From an uncultured Clostridia bacterium (lineage in GTDB: Bacteria; Bacillota; Clostridia; TANB77; CAG-508): a DNA stretch of 43,439 nucleotides. Made by a program: the position numbers and the translations under genes. The stretch lies in the NCBI GenBank assembly GCA_944393365.1, contig CALXZZ010000002.1, positions 1-43,439 on the forward strand, given 5' to 3'. Positions 18,170-27,500 of the stretch are shown in pieces. Numbering within the stretch: position 1 is the first letter of the stretch; each line of letters begins with the position of its first letter. The notes under the pieces were generated by a model that saw only the letters and a program-made list of their open reading frames with translations, searched no databases and was not told where the DNA came from.

Positions 18170-18282
18170 CATTTCGCCATTTTTCGTCTTGTTTTTTTAA
18201 GTTTACTTTACATTTGTGTAACATTTGTAATATTTTTTATTTTTATTTCTACCCAAAATTATTAATACATAGGGAGAGTTGA

Positions 18283-19374
18283 TTTATAGATTTAATATTT
18301 AAACTAAATGGTTTACTTTTTAGCACAAATGATACATTATATGCAATCTGGAAAGATACAACACCTCCAACCATAGGATTAATACTTAAAGAACAATCAT
18401 CTAGTGAAGATACTATTAATTTAGTTGGTAAAGCTAGAGATATTGGTTCAGGTATAAGTTATTATCAATTTAGTACTCAAAAAGACCTTACAGCTAATTC
18501 TAGTGGATGGATAGAAATAGAAAATACTACTGAGGAAGTTAGTTTATCTTATCCAATATCTGACGGAAATATATATTACTTTTATGTTAAAGACGCATTT
18601 GAAAACATAAATATGAAACCAATTGTAATTACAAAAACTGTTTCACTATATTCTGGACCTACAAAAACAGAATATAAAAATACAGAAGCAGTTGATTATA
18701 CTGGTTTAAAACTAAAACTTGATTATGGCGATGGTATTTATAAAATTATTGATGGTGAACCATATGTTACTTCATGTATAGAAAACGATGATGCAACAAA
18801 TGGTATTAGATATGAAATTACAGTTAAATATGAAAACGATATATTTGAAATTGATACATATAAACTTTCATGGTATTTTAATGAAAATTCTTCTACAGAT
18901 ATGGTAGACTGGTATTATTATGAAAATAATGGACAAAAAGTAACAGGTGAAAGAGAATTAGAAAGTTCTATGGGGTCACAAATTAAAAGATGGTATTTAT
19001 TTGATAATAATGGTTTAATGCAAAGAGGTTGGAAAACAATTAATAGCAAATATAAATATTATTTAATAATCGATTCAACGGTTGGTAACAGAGATGAATT
19101 ATTGTCTAAAGGATTTAATGATGGATCATTAGCTACTAATACATGGGTTCAAATATATAATACAGGAGATCAACGTTATTATTGGTATCATTTTGATGCA
19201 GATGGATATATGCAAACAGGTTGGTTATATCTAAATGGTTATTATTATTATTTAAAACCTTTGAATTTTAGTGAGTGGAGTGGCCCAGAAGGAAGTATGA
19301 TAGTTAATAAAACTGTTACTATTGACGGAAAAAAATATACCTTTGATGAAGGAGGAGTATGTTTAAATCCTTAA
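18283..19374 (+). pseudogene. 5'-truncated surface protein gene: end of a Listeria-Bacteroides repeat, an Ig-like module and cell-wall-binding (choline-binding-type) repeats
   Basis: The reading frame is open from 18283, but the first ATG is at 18613 and no RBS or start codon occurs near 18283. The upstream in-frame part reads ...NDTLYAIWKDTTPPTIGL...DIGSGISYYQFS...GNIYYFYVKDAFEN, paralleling NDTLYANWKDTTLPTVTM...DIGSGLKTLQYAWS...GTYYLWTNVIDNDGN in the 19462-24246 protein. CW-binding repeats (WYYYENNGQKVTG, RWYLFDNNGLMQRGW, YYWYHFDADGYMQTGW) span 18910-19371. A shorter product from ATG 18613 cannot be excluded. Confidence 0.5.
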
Positions 19375-19388
19375 TTTAATATAAATAG

Positions 19389-19427
19389 TTTTGGGTGTGG
19401 AAAAGTTTAAATTTCCACACCCAAAAA
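19389..19427. terminator. Bidirectional intrinsic terminator between convergent genes
   Basis: Perfect 15-bp stem: TTTTGGGTGTGGAAA (19389-19403) and TTTCCACACCCAAAA (19412-19426). The loop is 8 nt, with T and A runs on both sides. Confidence 0.8.
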
Positions 19428-19461
19428 CATTAATATCGAGTTAGAATAAATAGGAATATTT

Positions 19462-22400
19462 CTATTTATATAATCTCATATATAAGTATTGCGTATTAGA
19501 AGTTGTTAAACCAGTATTATCCATATATCCTCCTACAAAACTTAAAATTTGATTTCCTGTATAATTTGAAATGTCTAATTTTACTTTTGTCCAAGCTGTA
19601 CTTAAATCTTTGTAGTATCTAGCCCATATATAGCTATTTCCTATATAAATCATACTTGAACCATTTTCTGCACCTTTTCTTACTTGGAATTCTAAGTAAT
19701 TATATTTAGTGAAATCAATTGTTTTATACCATCTCAATAAAGTATTTAATGGCTGATCATATATTCCTGATACTGGTGTATTATTCGCTCTACCAGTTAT
19801 ACTTAATCCGTAATTACTTCCCCAACTTGCAACAGTTGCACCATTTTTAGTTCCACTATCTAATACCGATTTTGTAAATATATATTCTGCACCTATATCT
19901 ATTATAATTTCTTTTGGTTCTGATATATTGCCTGCCTTATCTTTTAACCAGATATAATATGTTCCATCTGAATTGTATTGCTCTGATGAAACTATTTCAG
20001 ATATACTATTATTTGCTATTTCTTTAAATGTAGGTCTTGTTGTACTACTTTGATTTATTCCATATGCACTGATTCCACTTTCTGAATCATTTCCTGATAT
20101 AGCTAATGATCTTGCTTTATCAAAGTTAATATCTGTAATGTCTCTTACTTGAGCATAAGATACATCCCAACTAATTGGATTACTTGATGTTGCAGCTGTA
20201 CCATCAATATAGAAATAATTTGTAGTACTAAATGTTCCTGAATATCCACATGTTAATTTTACTATATATTCTTTCCAATCACCTGTTCCTGCTTGAGAAG
20301 TTAACCATTTTGAATTTCCATCTCCAGTACTATTGGTTGCCCATTTAAGAGTATATCCTGTAGGGATTTTGGCTATTATTTTTGCAATAAAAACTTTTCT
20401 AGATGCTGTTGTCGTTGCAAATGTAAATCCTCCTAAACCTGGTGAAGCTGTTCCACTTGTAGTTACTCTTAATCCATAATTAGACGTTGGATTTGGTGCA
20501 TCTGAAATTGCTACTCTAGTATTAGTAACAGTACCATTTTTTGAATTATTATAAACTGCAGTTCCATTTAATCCACTAGCAAATGTTGGATCTGCATATA
20601 AGTTATTACCAGCATTAAATACTTGAGCATATGATACATACCATGTTACTGGCTGACTTGTTGTAGCTGCGTTACCATTTAAATAAAAGAAATTAGTTGT
20701 TGTAATTGTTCCAGTCAATCCACATTCTACTTTAAATATGTATTCCTTCCAATCTCCTGTACCTTCTTGAGAAGTTAACCAACCTTGTTTTCCGTTATTT
20801 CCTATTTGATTACTTCCTCCCTCAATTGTATAACCTTGAGGTATTTTGGCTACTATTTTTGTTATTAAGACTTTTCCAGCAGAACAGTTTGTTCCAAAAT
20901 AGAATCCTCCTAAACCTAGTGAAGCTGTTCCATTTGTAGTTATTTTTAATCCATAATTAGATGTTGGGCTTGGTGCGTCTGAAATTGCTACTCTAGTATT
21001 AGTAACAGTACCATTTTGAGAATTATTATAAACAGCTGTTCCGTTCAATCCACTAGCAAATGTTGGGTCACTATATAAACCTACTCCTTCATCTACTATT
21101 CCAACTGTCGGAGCTATTTTATCTATATTTGTAATCTCTAAATAATTACTTATTTTATTACCAGCTATATCTGTTGCTTCTGCATATATATATCCATTTT
21201 CTGTCGCAATCACTCTTGATGAAGTTGATGCACTTATTGCTTGTTTTGCTTCTTCTAAAGTTGTTCCAAACCCAGCTTTTTTATTAGATGTTAGTGAAGA
21301 ACCATAAGTAACTGTTCCTATTACATTTTGATTAGTCCAATCTGTAGTATTTGGAGTTATTGTAATTTTACCAGTAGTATCAGTATTTGATTTTACCACA
21401 AATGCATTAGATACTCTTATTTCTGTTGCTCTATTACCAGCTTTATCTAATACTTTTGTCCATAAATAATATGTGCCAGGTGTAGTTATATCTGATTTAC
21501 TAATAGTTTCTCCACTTGTAAAAGTACTCCATTCAGAAGGTTCACTACTTGATGATGTAGACCAAGCATAAGATAATATATCTAGACCGCTTTCATTGTC
21601 AGTAGCATTAAGAGTTGCAGAAATTTTTGTGTTTCCACTAGATGATAATATATAATTTCCACCATTAGGTGATAGTGTTACTGTTGGAGCAATTTTATCT
21701 ATATTATCTATGATTAAATCATCATATACTTTATTTTCCATTGTATCTGTTGCTTCTGCATATATTAAACAATTTTTATCAATTGTAATATTAGTAGTTT
21801 GACCAGAAACAGTATATTCTTTTTCACTAACAAATATTAAATCTGTTCTTTTATTAACCATTTGTAAAAGATTAGACATGTCACTTATGTTTATTACATT
21901 GTCATTATTTACATCATATCTGCTTATATCTTCCGGAACTTCAAGACGTCCGTTTATTACATCTAGTAAAATATCTAAATCTTCCTGTGTTACTTCTCCG
22001 TCCTCATTAACATCTCCTTTATAATATCCTGTTTGAATCTTTCTGTTTTGTGTTAATGTGTCTCCAAATTTAACTGTAACTGTTATATTATTATTAGTCC
22101 ATGCTGTTGTATTTGGTGTAATTGTAATAGTATCATCAATTACTACAAATTCATTTGAAGTTCTAACATTTGTTGCTATATTTCCGTCATTATCTATTAC
22201 ATTTGTCCATAAATAATATGTTCCAACACTAGTAATATTATTCGTAATTGTAGAATCATTATCAAATGTACTCCATTCAGTTGGTACTGTTGTATTGCTT
22301 GTAGACCAAGCATATTGAAGTGTTTTTAATCCACTACCTATATCGTTAGCATTTAATTTTACAGATATTTTACAATTATTAAGAGTAGATAATGTAAATG

Positions 22401-24246
22401 TTCCTCCATTAGGTGACATTGTAACTGTTGGTAAAGTCGTATCTTTCCAATTTGCATATAATGTATCATTTTCACTAAGTTTTATTGTTCCACCTACTGA
22501 ATATGTTGTTCCGCTTCCATCACTTTCTGTATTCCAATTTTGGAATGTCCATCCTGTTCTTGTTGGCTCTATTGTACTTATAGTTATATCTGCTCCTATT
22601 GTTGTTCCCGCATAATTCATGTATGCTGTTCCTGATTGAGAATTAGGTGCTCCACTTCCTCCATTTGCATCATATGATAATGTTACTGTATATGTATATG
22701 ATGCATAATATGTTGTATTTGAACTTAGATTTGCTGTTTCATTTGCTTTTAAATTTATGGTTGCATTTCCTTCTCCATTTGTACTCCATCCTCTTGCTGT
22801 ATATGTTTTACCATTTAATGTTACATTAGCTATACTTGGTGCCGTTATTGATACTGATGTTTGATTATTATATGCTACTCCTGATAATGTCGTTGATTTA
22901 GTTTCTCCATCATAATAATTGAATGTAGCTGTTATTGTTTTACTAAATATTGCATATAATGTTACATTTGATGTTTGCATTGTTAATGAACTTAATCCTT
23001 TTGTTGCATCTTTATTTGTATTCCATCCAACAAATACATATCCAGCTTTTGTTGCTGTTGGTGTTAAATCAACTCTTTCTCCGTAATTTACTGTTTCCGT
23101 TGACTTTGTTGTACTACTTCCACCATTTGTTTTATAATCATATGTTACTGTATAGCCATTAACTTGCCAATTTGCAATATATTTTCTATCTCCTGTACTT
23201 CCTTTCTCAATTCTTACTTCTTTTTGTGGTATATTTCCATTGCTACCTGTCCATCCAATAAATGTATATCCTTGTTTTGTTGGATTATTTAAAGTAAATG
23301 TGTCTGATACATTTGTATATGAACTTGGATTTCCTGATACAGTTCCACCATTTAACTCATACTCAATTCTATACTCACTTACAGCATTATTAAATTTATA
23401 TTTTCCAAATCTATGATATTTCTTTCCATCAATAATTACTTTCTTTCCACCTATACTTTTATTTCCATTAACATCTTCTACTTCTTTTACATATAGATAA
23501 TATTCTCCTGTTAATCCTTGTCCTATATTAATTGATTCTCCTGATGTATATTTTATCCATTTCCCTTTTATAAAATCACTATTACTTGTTGATAAATAAT
23601 ATTCATATACATTACTGTTATTTAATTCATTAGTACCTTTTTGTACAGTAATTGAAACATCAACAGTTCCTGTTCCGTCATATTCGCTTGGATTAACGGT
23701 TATTTCTGGTCCATCATAATCAGTTTCTGTTCCGTTATTATATATAAAATTACCTTCCCCATCTCTTATCCAATATTCACTATCTTTTATATAATAAATA
23801 TCATTTGTTTTAAAATCTATGACAAATACATCATTTAAGTCTGTCAATTTTTCTACTTGATCTACATTTATATTTTTTGCATTATTTCCCAAATTCGAAT
23901 TTATCCCTAATTTATCTAAAAATATTATTCCTAATGTCATATCATTTTCTTTTACTGATATCTTTTTCAATATTCCTTCTTCTAATAAATCCGCATTGTC
24001 CATCTGCCCAGAGTAGTCTCCGTCACCTATTCTTTCTTTTTCATATCTAGCTTTATATTTATTTAAGGTTTCTTGCAATTGACTTAGTTCTGTTTCTACT
24101 TGACTATCAAATGCTTGTTGCATAATCCCATTATCTCCGGCAAATAAAACAATACTAATACTAGCCAATATTAACAACACTATTATTGTTACTACTAGCA
24201 CTACAATTGTTACTCCATTTTCTTTTCGAAATTTTAAATCTAACAT
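19462..24246 (-). CDS. Mosaic 1,594-aa surface protein: pilin-like N-terminal anchor, Listeria-Bacteroides (Flg_new) repeats, Ig-like modules, internal dockerin, duplicated CBM-like modules
   Basis: I place the start at ATG 24246 (GGAGG 8 nt upstream), not the ORF-track GTG at 24261. The N-terminus reads KENGVTIVVLVVTIIVLLILASISIVLFAGDNGIMQQA. Flg_new-type repeats include YRIEYELNGGTV...GYTFIGWTGSNG and YTVTLSYDANGGSG...GWTFQNWNTESDGSG. Confidence 0.8.
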   Translation of the reverse strand: MLDLKFRKENGVTIVVLVVTIIVLLILASISIVLFAGDNGIMQQAFDSQVETELSQLQETLNKYKARYEKERIGDGDYSGQMDNADLLEEGILKKISVKENDMTLGIIFLDKLGINSNLGNNAKNINVDQVEKLTDLNDVFVIDFKTNDIYYIKDSEYWIRDGEGNFIYNNGTETDYDGPEITVNPSEYDGTGTVDVSITVQKGTNELNNSNVYEYYLSTSNSDFIKGKWIKYTSGESINIGQGLTGEYYLYVKEVEDVNGNKSIGGKKVIIDGKKYHRFGKYKFNNAVSEYRIEYELNGGTVSGNPSSYTNVSDTFTLNNPTKQGYTFIGWTGSNGNIPQKEVRIEKGSTGDRKYIANWQVNGYTVTYDYKTNGGSSTTKSTETVNYGERVDLTPTATKAGYVFVGWNTNKDATKGLSSLTMQTSNVTLYAIFSKTITATFNYYDGETKSTTLSGVAYNNQTSVSITAPSIANVTLNGKTYTARGWSTNGEGNATINLKANETANLSSNTTYYASYTYTVTLSYDANGGSGAPNSQSGTAYMNYAGTTIGADITISTIEPTRTGWTFQNWNTESDGSGTTYSVGGTIKLSENDTLYANWKDTTLPTVTMSPNGGTFTLSTLNNCKISVKLNANDIGSGLKTLQYAWSTSNTTVPTEWSTFDNDSTITNNITSVGTYYLWTNVIDNDGNIATNVRTSNEFVVIDDTITITPNTTAWTNNNITVTVKFGDTLTQNRKIQTGYYKGDVNEDGEVTQEDLDILLDVINGRLEVPEDISRYDVNNDNVINISDMSNLLQMVNKRTDLIFVSEKEYTVSGQTTNITIDKNCLIYAEATDTMENKVYDDLIIDNIDKIAPTVTLSPNGGNYILSSSGNTKISATLNATDNESGLDILSYAWSTSSSSEPSEWSTFTSGETISKSDITTPGTYYLWTKVLDKAGNRATEIRVSNAFVVKSNTDTTGKITITPNTTDWTNQNVIGTVTYGSSLTSNKKAGFGTTLEEAKQAISASTSSRVIATENGYIYAEATDIAGNKISNYLEITNIDKIAPTVGIVDEGVGLYSDPTFASGLNGTAVYNNSQNGTVTNTRVAISDAPSPTSNYGLKITTNGTASLGLGGFYFGTNCSAGKVLITKIVAKIPQGYTIEGGSNQIGNNGKQGWLTSQEGTGDWKEYIFKVECGLTGTITTTNFFYLNGNAATTSQPVTWYVSYAQVFNAGNNLYADPTFASGLNGTAVYNNSKNGTVTNTRVAISDAPNPTSNYGLRVTTSGTASPGLGGFTFATTTASRKVFIAKIIAKIPTGYTLKWATNSTGDGNSKWLTSQAGTGDWKEYIVKLTCGYSGTFSTTNYFYIDGTAATSSNPISWDVSYAQVRDITDINFDKARSLAISGNDSESGISAYGINQSSTTRPTFKEIANNSISEIVSSEQYNSDGTYYIWLKDKAGNISEPKEIIIDIGAEYIFTKSVLDSGTKNGATVASWGSNYGLSITGRANNTPVSGIYDQPLNTLLRWYKTIDFTKYNYLEFQVRKGAENGSSMIYIGNSYIWARYYKDLSTAWTKVKLDISNYTGNQILSFVGGYMDNTGLTTSNTQYLYMRLYK
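20125..21078 (-). repeat. Tandem duplication of a 159-codon CBM-like module
   Basis: Module 1 is 20602-21078 and module 2 is 20125-20601. Both begin LY[SA]DPTFASGLNGTAVYNNS[QK]NGTVTNTRVAISDAP.PTSNYGL and end VSYAQV. The first ~45 codons are nearly identical at the nucleotide level. Confidence 0.85.
21853..22017 (-). other. Internal dockerin-like module (two EF-hand-like Ca-binding loops)
   Basis: GDVNEDGEVTQEDLDILLDVINGRLEVPEDISRYDVNNDNVINISDMSNLLQMVN shows the duplicated D.N.DG.[VI]...D pattern of type I dockerins. Confidence 0.7.
22450..23373 (-). other. Block of four Listeria-Bacteroides (Flg_new-type) repeats
   Basis: Repeats end in G[YW][TV]F.GW.T. The last ends NDTLYANW immediately before WKDTTLPTV. 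Confidence 0.65.
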
Positions 24247-24285
24247 TTGTAATTCCTCCACACAATTATGTTTATTACTAATATA

Positions 24286-24314
24286 ATTATATTAAGGAAA
24301 AAAATTTTTTTCAA
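24286..24314 (-). promoter_or_regulatory. Sigma-A-type promoter for the 19462-24246 gene
   Basis: On the - strand TTGAAA (24314-24309), a 17-nt spacer and TATAAT (24291-24286), ~40 nt upstream of ATG 24246. Confidence 0.65.
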
Positions 24315-24474
24315 TAGCAATTTTTACCGTTAATTATTTTGTCTTATATACTGTTACGGATAGTATTGATACCCTTTTTTATTAGTTTTTTTACATTTTT
24401 TTTACACTTCTATTACAATTTTTAAAAATTACCAATAATAATTCATTTTAAGGCAAATTTTCTAATAATATAAC

Positions 24475-24513
24475 AAAAAAACAGTTATATTAGTTTTAAA
24501 CTAATGTAACTGT
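24475..24513 (-). terminator. Rho-independent terminator after B2
   Basis: On the - strand a 15-bp stem (ACAGTTACATTAGTT / AACTAATATAACTGT, one mismatch) is followed by TTTTTT. It lies 21 nt downstream of the B2 stop codon. Confidence 0.65.
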
Positions 24514-24533
24514 CTTTAAATAAAATATAAAAT

Positions 24534-27500
24534 CTATTTTCTTAATGTTCTTTTTATTAGTATAATTCCTGCTGTAAATATTATTATAACAACAAATCCT
24601 ATAATTCCGTAAATTATATAATTTTGATTTCCTCCAGTTGGTCCAGTAATTATAATTTCAACTTCAGATTCATCAGGCTCATTTGGAGTTTCGCTTGGAT
24701 CATAGTTTCCAGGTATACTATCATCTGGAACTCTATTTGTCGTTTCAGTAACTTCTACATCATTGTCAAATGTAAAGTCCATCTCATTATTAGATAACAA
24801 TCTTGTTAGATATAATTTATTTGTTTTTATTCTGTTATTCTCATCAGGACTCATATCACTAAAATAATCTGTATGTAATACTTTATTATATCTAGTAAGT
24901 GCTTCTAATGCTTCTGGTGATAACTGACCACTTTCTATTTGATCTGCTGTAATAGAAACCCATCCATTGTCTAAGTTGTTATTTTCATCATAGTTCAAAT
25001 CATTTGATACATAATCAAATAAATCTGTTACAGTTGCCATCTTCCAAACACCTGACTCATTATAATTACTTGGTACAGTATTATAATAATAATAATCTTT
25101 ACTATTGTAATCTACCTCACAAGCACTTAAATCTACAGTTATTTCATATTCTACCTTTAATGTAGCACCTTGTATAATTTCATTATCTACTTCAAGATAT
25201 ACAGTTTGACCTTGTTGAGGATTGCTTGATTGTGGTATTAACCTTAAGTTTTCTATTGTTTCAGTTCTTGGATCACCACTTATAAGTGTTTGACCATTTG
25301 CAAGTGTAACCTCTATATATGAAATTTCTTTCTTTATTCTTAATTGTTGCATTGGTCTTCTTATTATACCAAAATCTATATTGTTAAAGTCAAATTTCAA
25401 ATCTGCACCATATTCACTTATATTATCTAAGTTAACATCATAATCTAATTTAATATCAAATTGTTTAGATTCTGCTGTTATTTCTTCTAATTTAGCATCT
25501 TCAACTGCATAAGCATAATTTACTACATCAACTGTTGTTCTTCTATCTACAATATCAATATTATCACTATTTTCTAAAGTTGAGTCATCACTATATTTTC
25601 CTGAAATATCTCGTGCATCTGATAATCTTGTTGCTTCACCTGTTTCTTGCCTATACCAATATAAATTATTATCTTCAGCTTCTTCTTTATTTCCATCCCT
25701 ATATTTTGTTGATTTATATTTTTGTGCTTGTATTTGTGTTTCAGTTCCACTATCTATGTCTACAATATAGCTATTATTACCATATGTATATCTTAGCAAA
25801 TATTGTCCAGGTATTACACCTTCAAATATGTAATTACCATCACTTCCTGTTGTGTATTGTGCAGGAACAGCATTCGCTTGTCCTCTTTGATATAGATTTG
25901 CAACAGAGTAATTTCCGTCATCATCTATTGATAATAATTCAACTTGTACATTTCTTACCACATTTTCATTTTCGGAATCATATCTTCCGTCACCTTCTCT
26001 ACGTTTGTCATATCCAGTACCATTTAGTAATTCTTCTATTGCACTATCTTCCCATATTGTTCCTTGAATTATTCTTGTATATGAATTACCATCTGGATCA
26101 TCAGGATTATCTGAATCTGTTGATTTTAATATTAATGTAGGTGCTGAATCTGTATCATCTTCATAAGTTGTTCTATCAATTGTTGTAATAGAATTTGGTC
26201 TTGAATCTTTATCTACTCCACTATATACTGTACTAAATCCATTTTCAAATGATGAATATGAAGTTACTTCTGTAATAGATGATAATGTTACATCTTGATT
26301 TAATACAGCATTTACTGCATCATTATTTAATTTATATTGTACATATATTTCTACTGTATTACTTTCACTAGCAGATATTGGTGGTATTTCTTCACCTGTT
26401 CCTACATAAATAATTGATTTTCTATAACCATTTTGGTTATATCCTTCATCTATTCTATTTTCAATAGAATTAACAACATCTCCATTTTCATCTATTTGAT
26501 ATCCTGTTGCTACAAGTTCAAAATCATCGTCATAGTAATTTGCCAATTCATTTAACCTAGTATATACACTTGTTGCTTCATTTCTAATAGCTATTTTATA
26601 TGTAATATATACTCCTAGTTTTCCGTTTCCTTCTTCTGATTGGTTATATATAAGGTCTGATGAGTATATTTCTCTTGTATAACTATTATCTAAGTATTTT
26701 TCTCCAAACTTAACAGATACATTAAATCCATCTTCTCCATTTTCTCTAAATTCTCCATCAGTATCAAATCTTTGTGAATATTGATATATATGTTCATAAC
26801 CATTTAATGTTACTTTTGCATTTTGTATATCCTGCATAACTGCTAAATCTGGCATTTCTCGTTGTACAATACCCAAATTGATATATGGTATTTCTTCCAT
26901 ATTATTTGCATAAATATCATTTGCCGTTAGATTTTTACCCATTATTCCATTATTTGCATCTTTTGTGTTTGCAAATGTTTTATATTTATTATCTATTCCG
27001 TCAATTGGGTATGCTTGTCCATCATATCCATATATGTAACTTGACGTATCACTAGAATATTTTAATGTACTTTTATTATTAGCATAATCATATTCTAAAT
27101 TAGTTAATCTTCCTTCTGTATCTGTAGCTCCCTCACTTGTTACTGTTGCATATCTTGTACTATAGAAATATTGATTATTTTCTCCAGATTTGTTTCTATT
27201 GGTTTCATCTGTTGCTTTACTTCCATTATTTGCACTTGGATTTAATGCTACTGATTTATAAGTCATTCCATTATACTCAAATTCAATATATGCACCATTT
27301 ACAATATCATCTATTAAGATTTTTTCATTTTCAAATCCACTTGCTAAATAATTTCCAAATGTATATTTACCTGAAGAATCTGTTTTCCTTGGTTGTATCT
27401 CATGTCCATCTTCTGCTTTTAAAAGATTTCCATTTGCATCTCTTAAACTTACTGTCATATTTGCAATTAGTTTATCGAAATTATCATTTTCATTTTGATT

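Larger units (their letters stand above)
18077..18243 (-). repeat. Conserved non-coding module upstream of A3 (copy 1 of 2)
   Basis: By hand alignment it differs from 33916-34082 at about 6 positions in ~167 nt. Weaker similarity extends to ~18048 and ~18297. Confidence 0.85.

Noticed and set aside
19462-24246. The 1,594-aa protein as a prophage tail fibre or receptor-binding protein.
   Set aside because: No phage structural, lysis, integrase or terminase genes are nearby. The gene has its own housekeeping-type promoter and terminator and carries typical surface-protein modules.
25535-26140. A 201-aa + strand ORF, and similar + strand ORFs at 27137-27538, 22647-22829, 22950-23162, 35271-35456, 36702-36890, 11015-11242 and 6654-6926.
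   Set aside because: All lie antisense to the giant - strand genes. They are L/F/H/Y/I-rich low-complexity translations typical of the reverse strand of AT-rich coding DNA. They lack an RBS and any recognisable motif.
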